From Azolla caroliniana (Eukaryota; Plantae; Polypodiophyta): a stretch of 15,779 nucleotides of DNA. Under the pieces are notes generated by a model. It did no database searches, had not been told where the DNA came from, and saw nothing but the letters and a program-made list of their open reading frames with translations. The number at the start of each line of letters is the position of its first letter. Position 1 is the first letter of the stretch. Of the stretch, positions 1-9,924 are shown in pieces. Location: NCBI GenBank assembly GCA_043228905.1, contig JBHGNT010000780.1, forward strand, positions 1-15,779, in the 5' to 3' direction. Position numbers and translations under genes: made by a program.

Positions 1-875
1 CACCTACAGAACCTGGGCATGAGCCCTTTGTTCCCTCTTAGGCATTGCCGCGATAGTCATTCCCCATTTACTGGTACCGTGAGAAAAGTTCGCAGAAACC
101 TATCCCTCAACACCAGGGGTCGTGTATCGCACCGTTACTACGTAAGCAGCGATTGTCGTTCACCCATTGCTGGCTCTAACGAAGGAAGCTCGAGAAGCTT
201 CCTCGTGATCCAGGGTGCTCGACACATCGCACCGTCACATGAAGGATATGGCATCAACAGGAGAGTCCACTCCCCTCGAAATTGACTGTGAGTCAACCAG
301 GGTCCATGGTGTCTCCTGTTTCTGTATGCTGGTAGCCGTTCAGAAGATTCCGCCTCAACAGGTATAATGTCCCTGCACAGACGGAGAATCCTTTTGGGTG
401 TAAGGTTCCTTATTGTTTCAATCTCCTGCGGAAGATCCCCAAATGCGACAGCCCTCCCGGCCGAGAGAACTCTGCACTCGCATAGCACGTGCATCGCCTC
501 CTCGGCCTCTGTTTTACACCACCTGCATAAAGGTGACTCGACCAAACGAAGATTGAACATGTGTTTGTTGAGCGGTGGGTGGCCGGTAACCACCTGAACC
601 AGGGCTCTGGCCTCGCAGCGCTTCAACTTTTTGAAATCTGTTTTCCATTCCGGGTGGAGGAGGGAGCCTAGGGCAGCCTTGGCTTGTCTGCCGGACTCAG
701 CACTCTCCCACCTCCGTCTGTGTTGTCCTTCGACCCAGTCTGCCAGAGATTTCTTAACGATTTCTCGGGATGGACCGGGAGCGAAGCCCTGATATCGCTG
801 ACCTGCCCTAGAACCTAGCCTGGCCAGTCGTCGCCGCTACGTTCCCACTTATGCCTATGTGGACGGAACATAAAC
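1..875 (-). mobile_element. 3' fragment of an RNase H-containing non-LTR retrotransposon (I/Loa/R1 group, Lian-like), 5'-truncated
   Basis: Minus-strand translation through two frameshifts gives the RNase H tail VPS/HIGISGNVAA/RLARLGS (consensus WVPGHxGxxGNExADxLA). It is followed by LVQVVTGH...CRWC...EEAMHVLCEC, the C-terminal zinc knuckle. The block is clearly more GC-rich than the sequence after ~875. Confidence 0.85.
138..870 (-). pseudogene. LINE ORF2 C-terminal remnant (end of RNase H plus CCHC zinc knuckle)
   Basis: The frame is open from 836 to 138, extending the listed ORF 138..626 (…SLADWVEGQHRRRWESAESGRQAK…TGHPPLNKHMFNLRLVESPLCRWC…HVLCEC). The frameshifted RNase H motif lies at ~830-870. 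Confidence 0.8.
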
Positions 876-1414
876 ATTTAGTTACCAAATATTAATATTT
901 AAATAAATATATCATTTAATAATTGTACAGTTATAAGAATAAATTAGCATGAGTAGCAGGCTGCTTTTATAATCATCAATTAGATTAAGAATGGGTGGGG
1001 ATGGGAGTTTAGGGAATTTAATTAAACTTTTCAATATATGTTTAAACCAATTAATTGTAAACCGGTTACTTGTTAATCAACTGATCAAAACTTGATTTGT
1101 GAGAGAACTTCATCCCCTTACTCTTTCTCCTTCTCATCTGGAAGGAGGTTCTTTCACAAATCCACTACTATTGGTATTAGTTTCAGTAAATGATATAAAA
1201 AACGATATGTGTAATGCAACCTTAAAGTGTTCACTTCACCAAACTTAGTCCTTTGAGAATAGATTCTAAACGTAATTGTAGAAATTTAATGCACTCAAGT
1301 AGTGGACATCGAAAATCTATAGGAAAAGCGGCTAACTAAACAAAAACTATGACCAAAAATTAACGAGCAAAACCAAGCAGCGTGCGAACGTGGACATAAA
1401 ATAATAAAAATTAT

Positions 1415-1764
1415 TATTTCTTGACAAAGAGGTTCCCAGTAAGCTTGTTTAAAAACTTCCGAGCTTTTTTTTGGATCTGGCAGAAACTACTCTCTTCTGG
1501 TACACAGATAGATCTAACACCGATCAAGCAACTTAAGCGAGCGTATACAAAGAAATGAGGAACTTAAAATTCTCCATTTCATTAGAAACACACAGTTTGG
1601 CATTTCAAACGGAAATATATGCTTTACTGCACTGTACAAAAAAAGCAACAAAACCGCATCTGCATAAGTCTATATGAAGCCACTAGGTAACGCCCAAGTT
1701 GACATGGGATTGCCAAAAAGAACTGTATGTTCTAGGAGAAAGCAACAGGGTAGCACTCCTGTAG
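1415..1764 (+). mobile_element. Decayed RNase H domain of a Loa/Lian-like LINE (5' piece, interrupted by a nested CR1-type fragment)
   Basis: Frame +1 from 1498 reads WYTDRSNTDQAT*ASVY…FSISLETHSLAFQTEIYALLHC…KLTWDCQKELYVLGESNRVALL*. This matches the LINE RNase H motifs WYTDGS, VFQAEIYAI and LVWEC…L…NRVTLLW. It is absent from the ORF track because of stops. The 5' boundary is approximate. Confidence 0.75.
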
Positions 1765-2570
1765 GCGGATGATTGTAAAATATATGCAAATGCTCTAACC
1801 GGTACAGAATTACTTCCGGCTGATCTACAAAATATTGAAAGATTGTCAAAGCAATGGGGTATGAAACGAAATACCTCAAAATGCACAGTTCTGTGGATTG
1901 GTCCAAATAATCCTAATCATGAATATCATCTAAATGAATGTGCCTTGAAATCAGTAAATGAACAAAGCAAACTAGGAGTTCTAATAACATCAGACTTAAA
2001 GTGGGAAAGTCACATAAGTAAAATTTGTAAAAAAGCCAACTCGTTTGTTTATTTGATAAATCGAGCTTTTAAAGATCATTCCATTGAAATGATATCCACA
2101 CTTTACAAAAGTTACATACGACCAAAAATTGAATATGCCTTTACTTTGTGGAATCCATATTATATTAAAGATATAGAATATCTGGAGAAAATACAAAGTA
2201 ATGAAACAAAAATCCCTAGCGTATGAAAAGATCTGTCATATCCAGAAAGTCTAATCAAGTTTAATTTGACCACTCTTAGAGAAAGAAGACATAGAGGCGA
2301 TGTGGACGCACAAAGAAGCTTGAAAAAGAAAAGTCAGAACTTCATTGTGAACCGTGTGGTGCATTCTTGGAATTCATTGCATCGGGAAACTATATCAGCT
2401 ATAAATACGAATATCTTCAAAAATCGAGTTGATATACATCTAAAACAGAATTCAGAAAGAATGATCCACTATAGCATGTGAATACACTCACTTGAACCTG
2501 GAGACCTAAAGAAGAAACAATAGCTCATCGGTTTTGCCACCTGCTATTGTAAACATAATAATAATAATAA
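1762..2570 (+). mobile_element. 5'-truncated CR1-type LINE (RT C-terminus/thumb, 3' UTR, (TAA)n tail)
   Basis: In frame with ORF 1843..2226: *ADDCKIY (YADD remnant, 1762-1785), W…N…KC, LGVLITSDLKWESHI, LYKSYIRPKIEYAFTLWNPY…LEKIQ. ORF 2266..2481 adds LRERRHRGD and FIVNRVVHSWNSL…FKNRVD. (TAA)5 tail at 2556-2570. Confidence 0.88.
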
Positions 2571-3030
2571 ATTGCCGCCACAGGGATCATCTACTCCATA
2601 GTCTTGACTCGCCTTTGGAGTCACTAAAACCACGAAATAATGAAATAAATCCAGTAGGTTGAAAAATTGGCAAAGCCTTTTAATGAGACCATCCAAAGTA
2701 ACGAAGGAAGAACTACTTAAGCAAAGTAGAAAAAGAGGCATAACAGTAAGGCTGTTATCAGGGCACAGCCTAAGAGGATACCTATATAAGATAAGCAGAA
2801 TGTGTAGTCATGTGGAAAAAACAGCCTACCAGATACGGTGCAAATGTGTGTCTTTAGATCACAAAACAACAGGCTTTATTTGAACAACCAAAAATGCACC
2901 CACAAGAATATATCAACCAACCAGTACCGTCGCTATTTAAGCTTATAGAAGGAGCAAGACTGGTGAAGTATTAATATAAAACAAAAGGCAAAAATTGCTT
3001 CCGAAATCCGACGGCTCCTAGAAAAGAAGG
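2571..3030 (+). mobile_element. 3' piece of the same Loa/Lian-like LINE (post-RNase H region, degenerate zinc knuckle, 3' UTR)
   Basis: Reads LPPQGSSTP…AFGVTK (cf. LARQGSSTP…PEPAFG). ORF 2659..2883 gives EELLKQSRK…RLLSGHSLRGYLYKI…MC…EKTAYQIRCKC, a degenerate TGH…C..C…H..C.C. A further stretch reads NQPVPSLFKLIEGARL*. Confidence 0.7.
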
Positions 3031-5465
3031 TTTTATTTATTTCAACGGTTAACACCATTTTTACAATTTACAAAATAAATATTTTACAGACATAATCTAG
3101 AGATGGCAAACAATAGTAACTAAATTACATAAGACAAACTATAAACTAGAAAATTATTAAATTAAAATATAAAAAAGGTAAAATACAAAAAGCAGAATAA
3201 ATCAATCATAGTGCACTATAACAATTAATAAATAAAATAAATTCATAATATAACAACTACAACAACAAGGATAAGGAAAAAAAGACAACAACAAACAGTA
3301 GAAGGCAGCAATACCCTACATATGACGCAGCCGGTCACTCCTACACAACCTTCTAAATTTTAATTCGTTATAGGACAAGTCAAGGAAACGAGAATTCAGG
3401 TTATATAGACGTTACATCCTGGAGAGTGGACTGTAAAATCCATAGTTAGTTCGATAATAAGACACCTTAAATAAATAATTACTTCTAATATTATGATTTC
3501 TACAAGGAACGTTCAAGCAAACCTGCCCAAGCAAATCAGGGGCATTAATCTTACCTGACATAAGTTTATAAAAAAACATCAAATCTAACTGAAATCTCCT
3601 AATGAAAAGGGGTTCTAGACCCAAGGCGTCACATTTAGATTGGTAGTTCAAATCGGTATACATTCCAACTTTACGAGACAGTGCTATGAGAAATTTGGAT
3701 TGGATCCTCTCGATGGAGTTAATATGAGAATCATAATACGGTGACCAAATCACTGAACAGTATTCTAGGTGAGACCTGACAAAAAGCAAAAACAATAGTT
3801 TAAGAGTGTCAGAAGAGAAATCCCTACTATGACGCAGAACAAAACTGAGCACAACTGAGCATCCAACGTCACACCAAGATCTCTCACCTTGCCACTCGAT
3901 TAAGTGGTGTAGAGTCCAGGACGTAGTCAAGTTGAAGTGGATTGTTAGAGCGGGAAAAAGAAATCACCGAACACTTTGCTGCATTTAAATGTAGATCATT
4001 TAACTTTGTCCAATCACAAAGAGTATTTATATCACTCTGCAAAGCACCAGCATCATCAGGGCCATGAATCACTCTATATATCTTTAGGTCATCAGCAAAC
4101 AATAGGTGATTTGATTGAAAATGAGGCACACCCGAGGGGACACTAAATTCACGTGAGAGTGTCTCATTCATCTAACGCACTGAGACCGACCAGTCAGGAA
4201 GCTCTGGACCCAAGCAAGAATGTCCAAAACCCCAAACACCTAGCTTCGACAGCAGCAATCTATGATTAACTCGGTCAAATGCCTTCGAGAAGTCTGTATA
4301 GATGGCATCAACTTGTCCAAACTCCCCGAAGGCATCTACTATGTCATGCTGCAACACCATTAAGCCAGTCAAGGTGGAGCGTCCAGGAGTAAAACCATGC
4401 TGCTGGCCATCAATCAAACCCCTACACGCGAAAGTCAACCGAGCCGTAACCATCCCATCCAAAATTTTAGGCAAAGTTGACTGGACACTTATTCCCCTGT
4501 AGTTTGAGATGTCCTCTCTAGCACCGGACTTGTGTATCGGTACAATGTAACTATTTTTCCAATAAACAGGGAAAATACCAGTATCAAGGGACAAATTAAA
4601 AATCTTGTGAAAAGGTAATGCCAATGCACACACACAACGTTTTTTCAAGTAAGGCGGAATACCATCTGGCCCGAAAGTAAACTTATCAGGAAGAGTAATT
4701 AAAGAATTATAGACATCTTGAACTGTTATAGATATTTTATTAAAATCAACCTGGTTGGAAAAATTATAATTAGGTACCTCGCCGAGCCCTACATCCAATT
4801 TATATACCGAGCTGAAGAAATCAGCAAAAAGTTCAACTGTTTCCTGAGAGGTATCAGCAATTTTGTTTCGCAGAAACAAGTGAGCGGGATAACCACTATT
4901 GCTCCTTAAGGCACTGATGTGACGCCAAAACCGGCTAGGATTGTCTCGTAAGCCGTTCTCCATCTTAACGATATACGAATGGTAACATTGCCCCTCAAGT
5001 TCTGCACATTGAGTCCGCAAACTTACGAACTTCAAATAGTCCACCTGAGAACCTGTCCCCCTGTTTGTGTGTTTTTAAGTGACCAGAAAACCATGTAGAG
5101 AAGCTGCTGCTTTTAAATAATTTGACCGGAACAAAAATTTCAACTGCCTTATACAAATAATCATACAAAGTTTCGCAAGCCTTGTTAACATTACAGTTGT
5201 CCAAGATCCTAAAAAAATCTAATGAACATAACAATTCATTCATTGCACTATAATTGGCATTCTTAAAATCATAATAATAACATTCATAATTCAATAATTC
5301 TATAGAAGATGTAGGTAGGGTAATACAAGAAGGTATATGATGATGGCTAATCGCAGTCAGAGGATCTATCGATCTCGTTATTTCGAGGCCTACAATGTTT
5401 GAAAATACTAAGTCCAAAAAGACATTGATGTTATTAGGAATTTCATTCCTCTGACTGAGGTTGGG
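3031..5465 (-). mobile_element. 5'-truncated CR1-clade LINE (end of APE endonuclease, RT, 3' UTR)
   Basis: ORFs 4995..5417, 4172..5044, 3884..4171 and 3412..3930 give LDLVFSN (APE end), GPDGIPP, YRGIS, QHGF, YTDFSKAFDRV, SGVP, LFADDLKIY and FVRSHLEYCSVIWSP. A (TAAA)n-type tail lies at 3031-3042 on the minus strand. Confidence 0.92.
3316..5462 (-). pseudogene. Disrupted LINE ORF2 (endonuclease/reverse transcriptase)
   Basis: Several frameshifts, a premature stop at 3412-3414 (the frame continues to TAG at 3316), and an internal deletion at ~4123 that joins SGVP directly to HFQSNHLLFADD. Confidence 0.88.
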
Positions 5466-6434
5466 AGATTAGGTGCAAAAATCCAAGGGGAAAGAGAAAA
5501 AACAAAAAAAAACGCAAATTACACCAAAGCGGCATTATCTATGCAACTCTCAATAAATCGTTATGTAAATACATCTAAACACAGGAAAATAAGGCATTTT
5601 TAAATTTTTGGGGAAGTAGATTGGGTTCTGTAAACTTGATAAAGCACATCAAGTGCGAAATGTTGTTAAAAACAAATTATTAATTATATTTAAAAAAAAC
5701 ATTTATTTTAGTCAAATAAATATATTTGCTTACCCCCTAATATAAATGAATTTCAAATTATATTTTAGAAATCCAGATTCCAGCCAAACAGTTGCCCGGC
5801 AGCCATATTGATAAATTAGTGATTAATATTTTAAGATGGGTGTTACGTTCTAAGACTTTTATTTCCCTGATTGACAGATAAAAGTCACAACACTCAAAAC
5901 TAACCTTTGATTTCCTCAATGGAAATCGGGTTTTTATTTTCACATTATACGTTTGGTGATCTGTTTTTTTATATCAATCATATTATTTTAATATGCTGTG
6001 TTGTGGAATTATCTAATTTTATAGATAAAAGTTTTTAAAAATTATTTTTTCTTCATTGGAAAAAACATGATTTTACACTATTCCAACATTAGGCTTATGC
6101 ATAATTTCAGTAAGTAGTCTTTAAAGGTAGATTTATATAGATCACTTTAAAGTTTTTATTAAAGTATATTTCTTTTAATTTGTTTTTTCCTTTTGAATGG
6201 GAATAAAACTCTTTGTGTTGGAAATATATAGGAGACTATATCCAGTCCGAAGTGTTACTGTGTTAACGAATCATGTCACTATTTTAATGTAATGTTTATT
6301 ATTTTTTGTGAAAATCTAAAACTCATTGTTTTATTTAAATAAATAATATAGAAAACTATGACAGATTGGCGGATAATGTTTAACCTCTGATCTAAAATTT
6401 GTATTTTGTCTTCTTTTGTCTACATTTGTTCTTA

Positions 6435-6450
6435 TTAACCCTTTGAGTAC
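6435..6450 (+). repeat. piggyBac left TTAA target duplication plus terminal inverted repeat
   Basis: TTAA-CCCTTTGAGTAC, the exact reverse complement of 8030-8045. Confidence 0.93.
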
Positions 6451-6453
6451 ATT

Positions 6454-6516
6454 TGACGAGTGAGACTTGTCATGTGTTTACTTGGGCGAAGTTACGGTGG
6501 ACGAGTCTGACTCGTC
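6454..6516. repeat. Two subterminal palindromic repeats of the piggyBac left end
   Basis: TGACGAGT-GAG-ACTTGTCA (6454-6472, one mismatch) and GACGAGTC-T-GACTCGTC (6500-6516, perfect). The two are also direct repeats of each other. Confidence 0.8.
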
Positions 6517-6563
6517 ATCTGAGTTTGATAAGTAGGTGTTGATTTTTACGACACCACTGCTAG

Positions 6564-7897
6564 TTGGAAACGAATAGATATGCTAGTCAAATAATTGCAA
6601 AAGAAGGTGCAAATAAACGAAACCTAAAGTGGTTTCCAGTAACTTTGGATGAAATGAAGGAATATATTGCATTATGTATTATTATGACTCAAGTAAAAAA
6701 ATCTAATTTGGGTTCATATTGGTCAAAAAGAAGTATTATAAATACTCCAATTTTTGCAGCCACTATGCCACGGGATAGAATTTTTGATATTTCAATATTC
6801 CTTCATTTTACAGACAACGAAAAGTTGGATAAAAATGATAGAATTAGGAAAATCAGAAATTTAGTTGATTATCTAAATAATACATTTGACCATCTTTATA
6901 CTCCGGAGAGCGCAGTATCACTAGATGAATCTCTTATGAAGTTCAAAGGACATTTGAGTTATATTCAATTTAATCCATCGAAACGAGCGCGATTTGGAAT
7001 AAAAATCTATAAACTTTGCGAGTCTTCATCAGGTTATTGTATTATAAAATACCGGGAACTGATATACCAGCGTCTGAGAGTGTTGTCCTAGAAGTAGCAC
7101 AACCAATTTTGAAAAAAGGATACACACTATACATGGACAATTGGTATTCGTCTCCACAATTATTTTTAAAATTACTGAAACAGGATACGAATGTAGTTGG
7201 AACTGTGCGAAAAAATAGAAAACACATGCCAAAAGAGCTTGCTTTCCTCAAACTAAAAAAAGGAGAGGCCAAAATGTTATCATCAAACAGTTTATTAGCA
7301 CTTAGATGGAAAGATAAGAAGGATGTATACATGCTGAGTACAAAACATTCAAATATTGATCTAGTTGAGACGGGGAAGCAAAAAAAGAAAGATGATGATT
7401 TTGACAAAATTATCAAACCATCATGTGTAATCGAATATAATACAGGTATGGGAGGCGTTGATAAACAAGGCCAATTGCTAGCATGCTCTCCTGTTATGAG
7501 GAAATGCATGAAAGGTTATAAAAAAATGGCGTTTTATCTAATAAACATGGCTATTTTCAATTCACATGTTCTATATAATAAAGTCAATTGTGGAAGCAAA
7601 ACAGGCATTGTCCAATTTCGTTTAAAACTTGCTGAAGAATTATTGAAGCAAGTGGTCCTGCCAAATTATAGTACCCGTGGGTGTCCTTCAAGTGCCAATA
7701 CGCCACAGCGTTTGCAAGCAAAAAATTTGTCTCATTTTCCGGAGAATATTCCGGCAACAGAATCAAAGGAACATCCGACAAAACGGTGCCGCGTATGTTA
7801 TAAACATAAAAAAACCACTTGGCAATGCAAACGGTGCCAGGTACCTTTACATTTACCGATATGTTTTGAAAAATACCACACGGTACAAAATTATTAG
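6564..7897 (+). pseudogene. piggyBac transposase (PGBD4-like, DDE_Tnp_1_7), N-terminally deleted and frameshifted
   Basis: ORFs 6564..7091 and 7016..7897 give ETNRYA, SLDESL, KRARFGIKIYKLCES, YMDNWYSS, GTVRKNRK, YNTGMGGVDKQGQ and the C-terminal CRVC…CKRC…LH…CFEKYH cysteine-rich domain. Frameshift at ~7045. Confidence 0.92.
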
Positions 7898-8029
7898 ATT
7901 TCAAGTTATTAAGTTATTTATATCACCAATATAAGCACATTCCAAATAAAATGTATTACTCTTACATATTAATCCATATAGCAAAAAATTAAATCCGTTC
8001 CATATGCATAAAAGTCTACAAATAATTCC

Positions 8030-8045
8030 GTACTCAAAGGGTTAA
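8030..8045 (+). repeat. piggyBac right terminal inverted repeat plus TTAA target duplication
   Basis: GTACTCAAAGGG-TTAA. Confidence 0.93.
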
Positions 8046-9347
8046 ATCAAGACAAAAAAAATTTTAAGAGCCAAGCAGCACAATTATATATGATATGTTT
8101 TTCTTGTCAAGATAACTTAAACTAAATCAAGCAGTGATTTTGCTTAACATATCCTGCCACAAATAAAGAACAGATAGAGATAGGGTCAATCAGCTTTTGC
8201 TAAACTTTACCTACTTTTTTGGTTTATGGTGGTCAAAGGGTTAGTGAAGAAAATATGTTAAAAGTCAGTTATTTTGGTTAATTTTTTCAAAATATTGGTA
8301 CAAAATTTGTCATAGTTTCATTTTTTTAAAATCTTTATTTCGGCCACATTTAATATACAGATATACATGTTTTAAAGGTAATGGACAAATAGAATTTATC
8401 CGACAACATATTACGACCTGTTTTGAACTATGTCACATCTAATTAGCAAGACTAGTCGTTTTAACTGTATAATATTGTTTTTTGTTGGTGGACAAATGCA
8501 GTTGTATGTTTAATTTAATTTGACACCAAAAACACTAGCACAAACAATTTATGAAAGAAACAAATATTTTCTTTTATCACTGTTGGACTACAAGAAATTT
8601 TTAACAAGGTTTTACTTTTTTAATTTCCACATGTTTTCACAACTCGTATTATAAATTTTCATCAAATTTTTTCATTGAAAGCTGCCTCTGGTCAGTCTAA
8701 TTGTACAATTTTGACTGCTGCTTTATGGCAATAATTGTTGCTTTGTGCTTCAGGTCGTTTTATATTGAAATATCCAGTTGACAAAATTTCTTCACAAGAA
8801 TATCTAAGTACAGTAATTTGACCAATTAATTTAAATACATTCGACCAATCTTGGAACAGGCAAAGCATCAGCAACGGGCACACTACTCCATAGAGTCCAA
8901 AATATTTTGGTCCCACTAAATAAAACTGCTATTCAAAGTAGCGAATAGTAATGAACATAGGCAAATGGGACGTTTCTGTTTTATTGGAGATTGAAATGGA
9001 GTTTTTGCGTATTGTCTGCTTAAAAATTCTTCATTATTACGTCTTTGTTAAATTGCCAACTTGCATGCTTTGATGGTGCCTGCCACCAAAACGTCTACTA
9101 AAAATTTCTTCTTATTCTTTACCACTTAGGATATCAAAAACTGGTGAAACAATTTATTTGCCTTGTTTTGTTCTAAAATGGTAAAACAGTTGATTTAAAA
9201 TGTTTAGATACATATTTTGGAGTGGGTATTCTTGCAATTGTATACAGAAATAAAATTAAAGTGTGTTTGGTTATGTCCCAGTAGAAATTTTAAATAAAAA
9301 ATACAATTAAAGCAATAACAAGTTTAATATTTATATAAATATATAAA

Positions 9348-9830
9348 GTGATAAATCATGTTTTAGGTAAACTAAGTACATTACGGCATTTATCTTCGAC
9401 TTCAAAACTATGTAATAGTTATACCAACCCTAATATAACCTATATTCGTCATAAGAGCACGTCCCATGAAAGGGAGAACACGGATAAACAAGATTTGAAA
9501 GAACCCAAGACTTTAACTTCGGCTCAAAAACTAAAAAAAGCTGTTGCCGAATATGGCAGTACTGTGATAGTGTTCCATGTTGGTATATCGCTATTGTCCC
9601 TAGGAACATGCTATTGTTTGGTTTCTTCTGGTTTAGATGTTAATCAAGTGTTAATTTATTTGGGACTTAAGGAGTGGGCGACAAAAAGTACCATGGTATC
9701 CAATGCTGGCACTTTTGCTGTTGCGTATGGATTACATAAAGTGTTTGCACCTGTAAGAATAAGTGTGACATTAGCGTCTGTTCCATTTATTGTAAGATAT
9801 TTAAGGTATAAAGGTATATTAAAGAAATAA
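9348..9830 (+). CDS. FAM210B: FAM210B-like (DUF1279) mitochondrial membrane protein, copy 1; start codon uncertain (GTG or an upstream exon)
   Basis: QKLKKAVAEYGSTVIVFHVGISLLSLGTCYCLVSSGLDV…GTFAVAYGLHKVFAPVRISVTLASVPFIVRYLR is recognisable as FAM210B/C20orf108. The N-terminus is basic and S/T-rich, like a mitochondrial presequence. There are no internal stops. Confidence 0.85.
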   Translation: MINHVLGKLSTLRHLSSTSKLCNSYTNPNITYIRHKSTSHERENTDKQDLKEPKTLTSAQKLKKAVAEYGSTVIVFHVGISLLSLGTCYCLVSSGLDVNQVLIYLGLKEWATKSTMVSNAGTFAVAYGLHKVFAPVRISVTLASVPFIVRYLRYKGILKK

Positions 9831-9924
9831 TTACTAAGCTTTGTTTTTTTTTCTCAAAGTACCTACATCATGAGAATATAAGTGGTTAGTGTTACCATTT
9901 GAGCAAACATCAGGTGAGGTATGC

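Larger units (their letters stand above)
6439..8041 (+). mobile_element. piggyBac-family DNA transposon, internally deleted (1603 bp)
   Basis: TTAA at 6435-6438 and 8042-8045. Perfect 12-bp TIRs CCCTTTGAGTAC (6439-6450) and GTACTCAAAGGG (8030-8041). Encloses a PGBD4-like transposase remnant. Confidence 0.95.

Noticed and set aside
19-597. Plus-strand ORFs 19..285 and 367..597
   Set aside because: They are antisense shadows of the GC-rich minus-strand LINE and have no recognisable motifs.
830-875. The VPSHIGISGN motif at the end of the first LINE is the motif missing from the second LINE at 1764/2571, suggesting one rearranged element
   Set aside because: Each element has its own different downstream zinc-knuckle region and they differ in GC content, so they are separate insertions.
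1670-2741. Minus-strand ORFs 1670..1906, 1683..1886, 1996..2196 and 2544..2741
   Set aside because: They are antisense to plus-strand LINE coding remnants.
4302-4909. Plus-strand ORFs 4302..4502 and 4718..4909
   Set aside because: They are antisense to the CR1 RT.
6564-7897. Domesticated PGBD4 host gene, or programmed frameshift
   Set aside because: The element retains TIRs and TSDs, lacks its N-terminus, and residues appear deleted at the frame switch.
7029-7934. ORFs 7029..7232, 7042..7509, 7584..7904 and 7677..7934
   Set aside because: They are shadow or alternative frames of the transposase.
9330-9347. TATATAAA repeats as a TATA box
   Set aside because: They directly abut the GTG codon in very AT-rich sequence, too close to support a promoter call.
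9348-9860. FAM210B-like ORF as a processed retrocopy
   Set aside because: There is no poly(A) tail or TSD. The downstream run is poly(T) and the adjacent LINE is separated by ~95 bp. The parent gene structure is unknown, so this cannot be supported.
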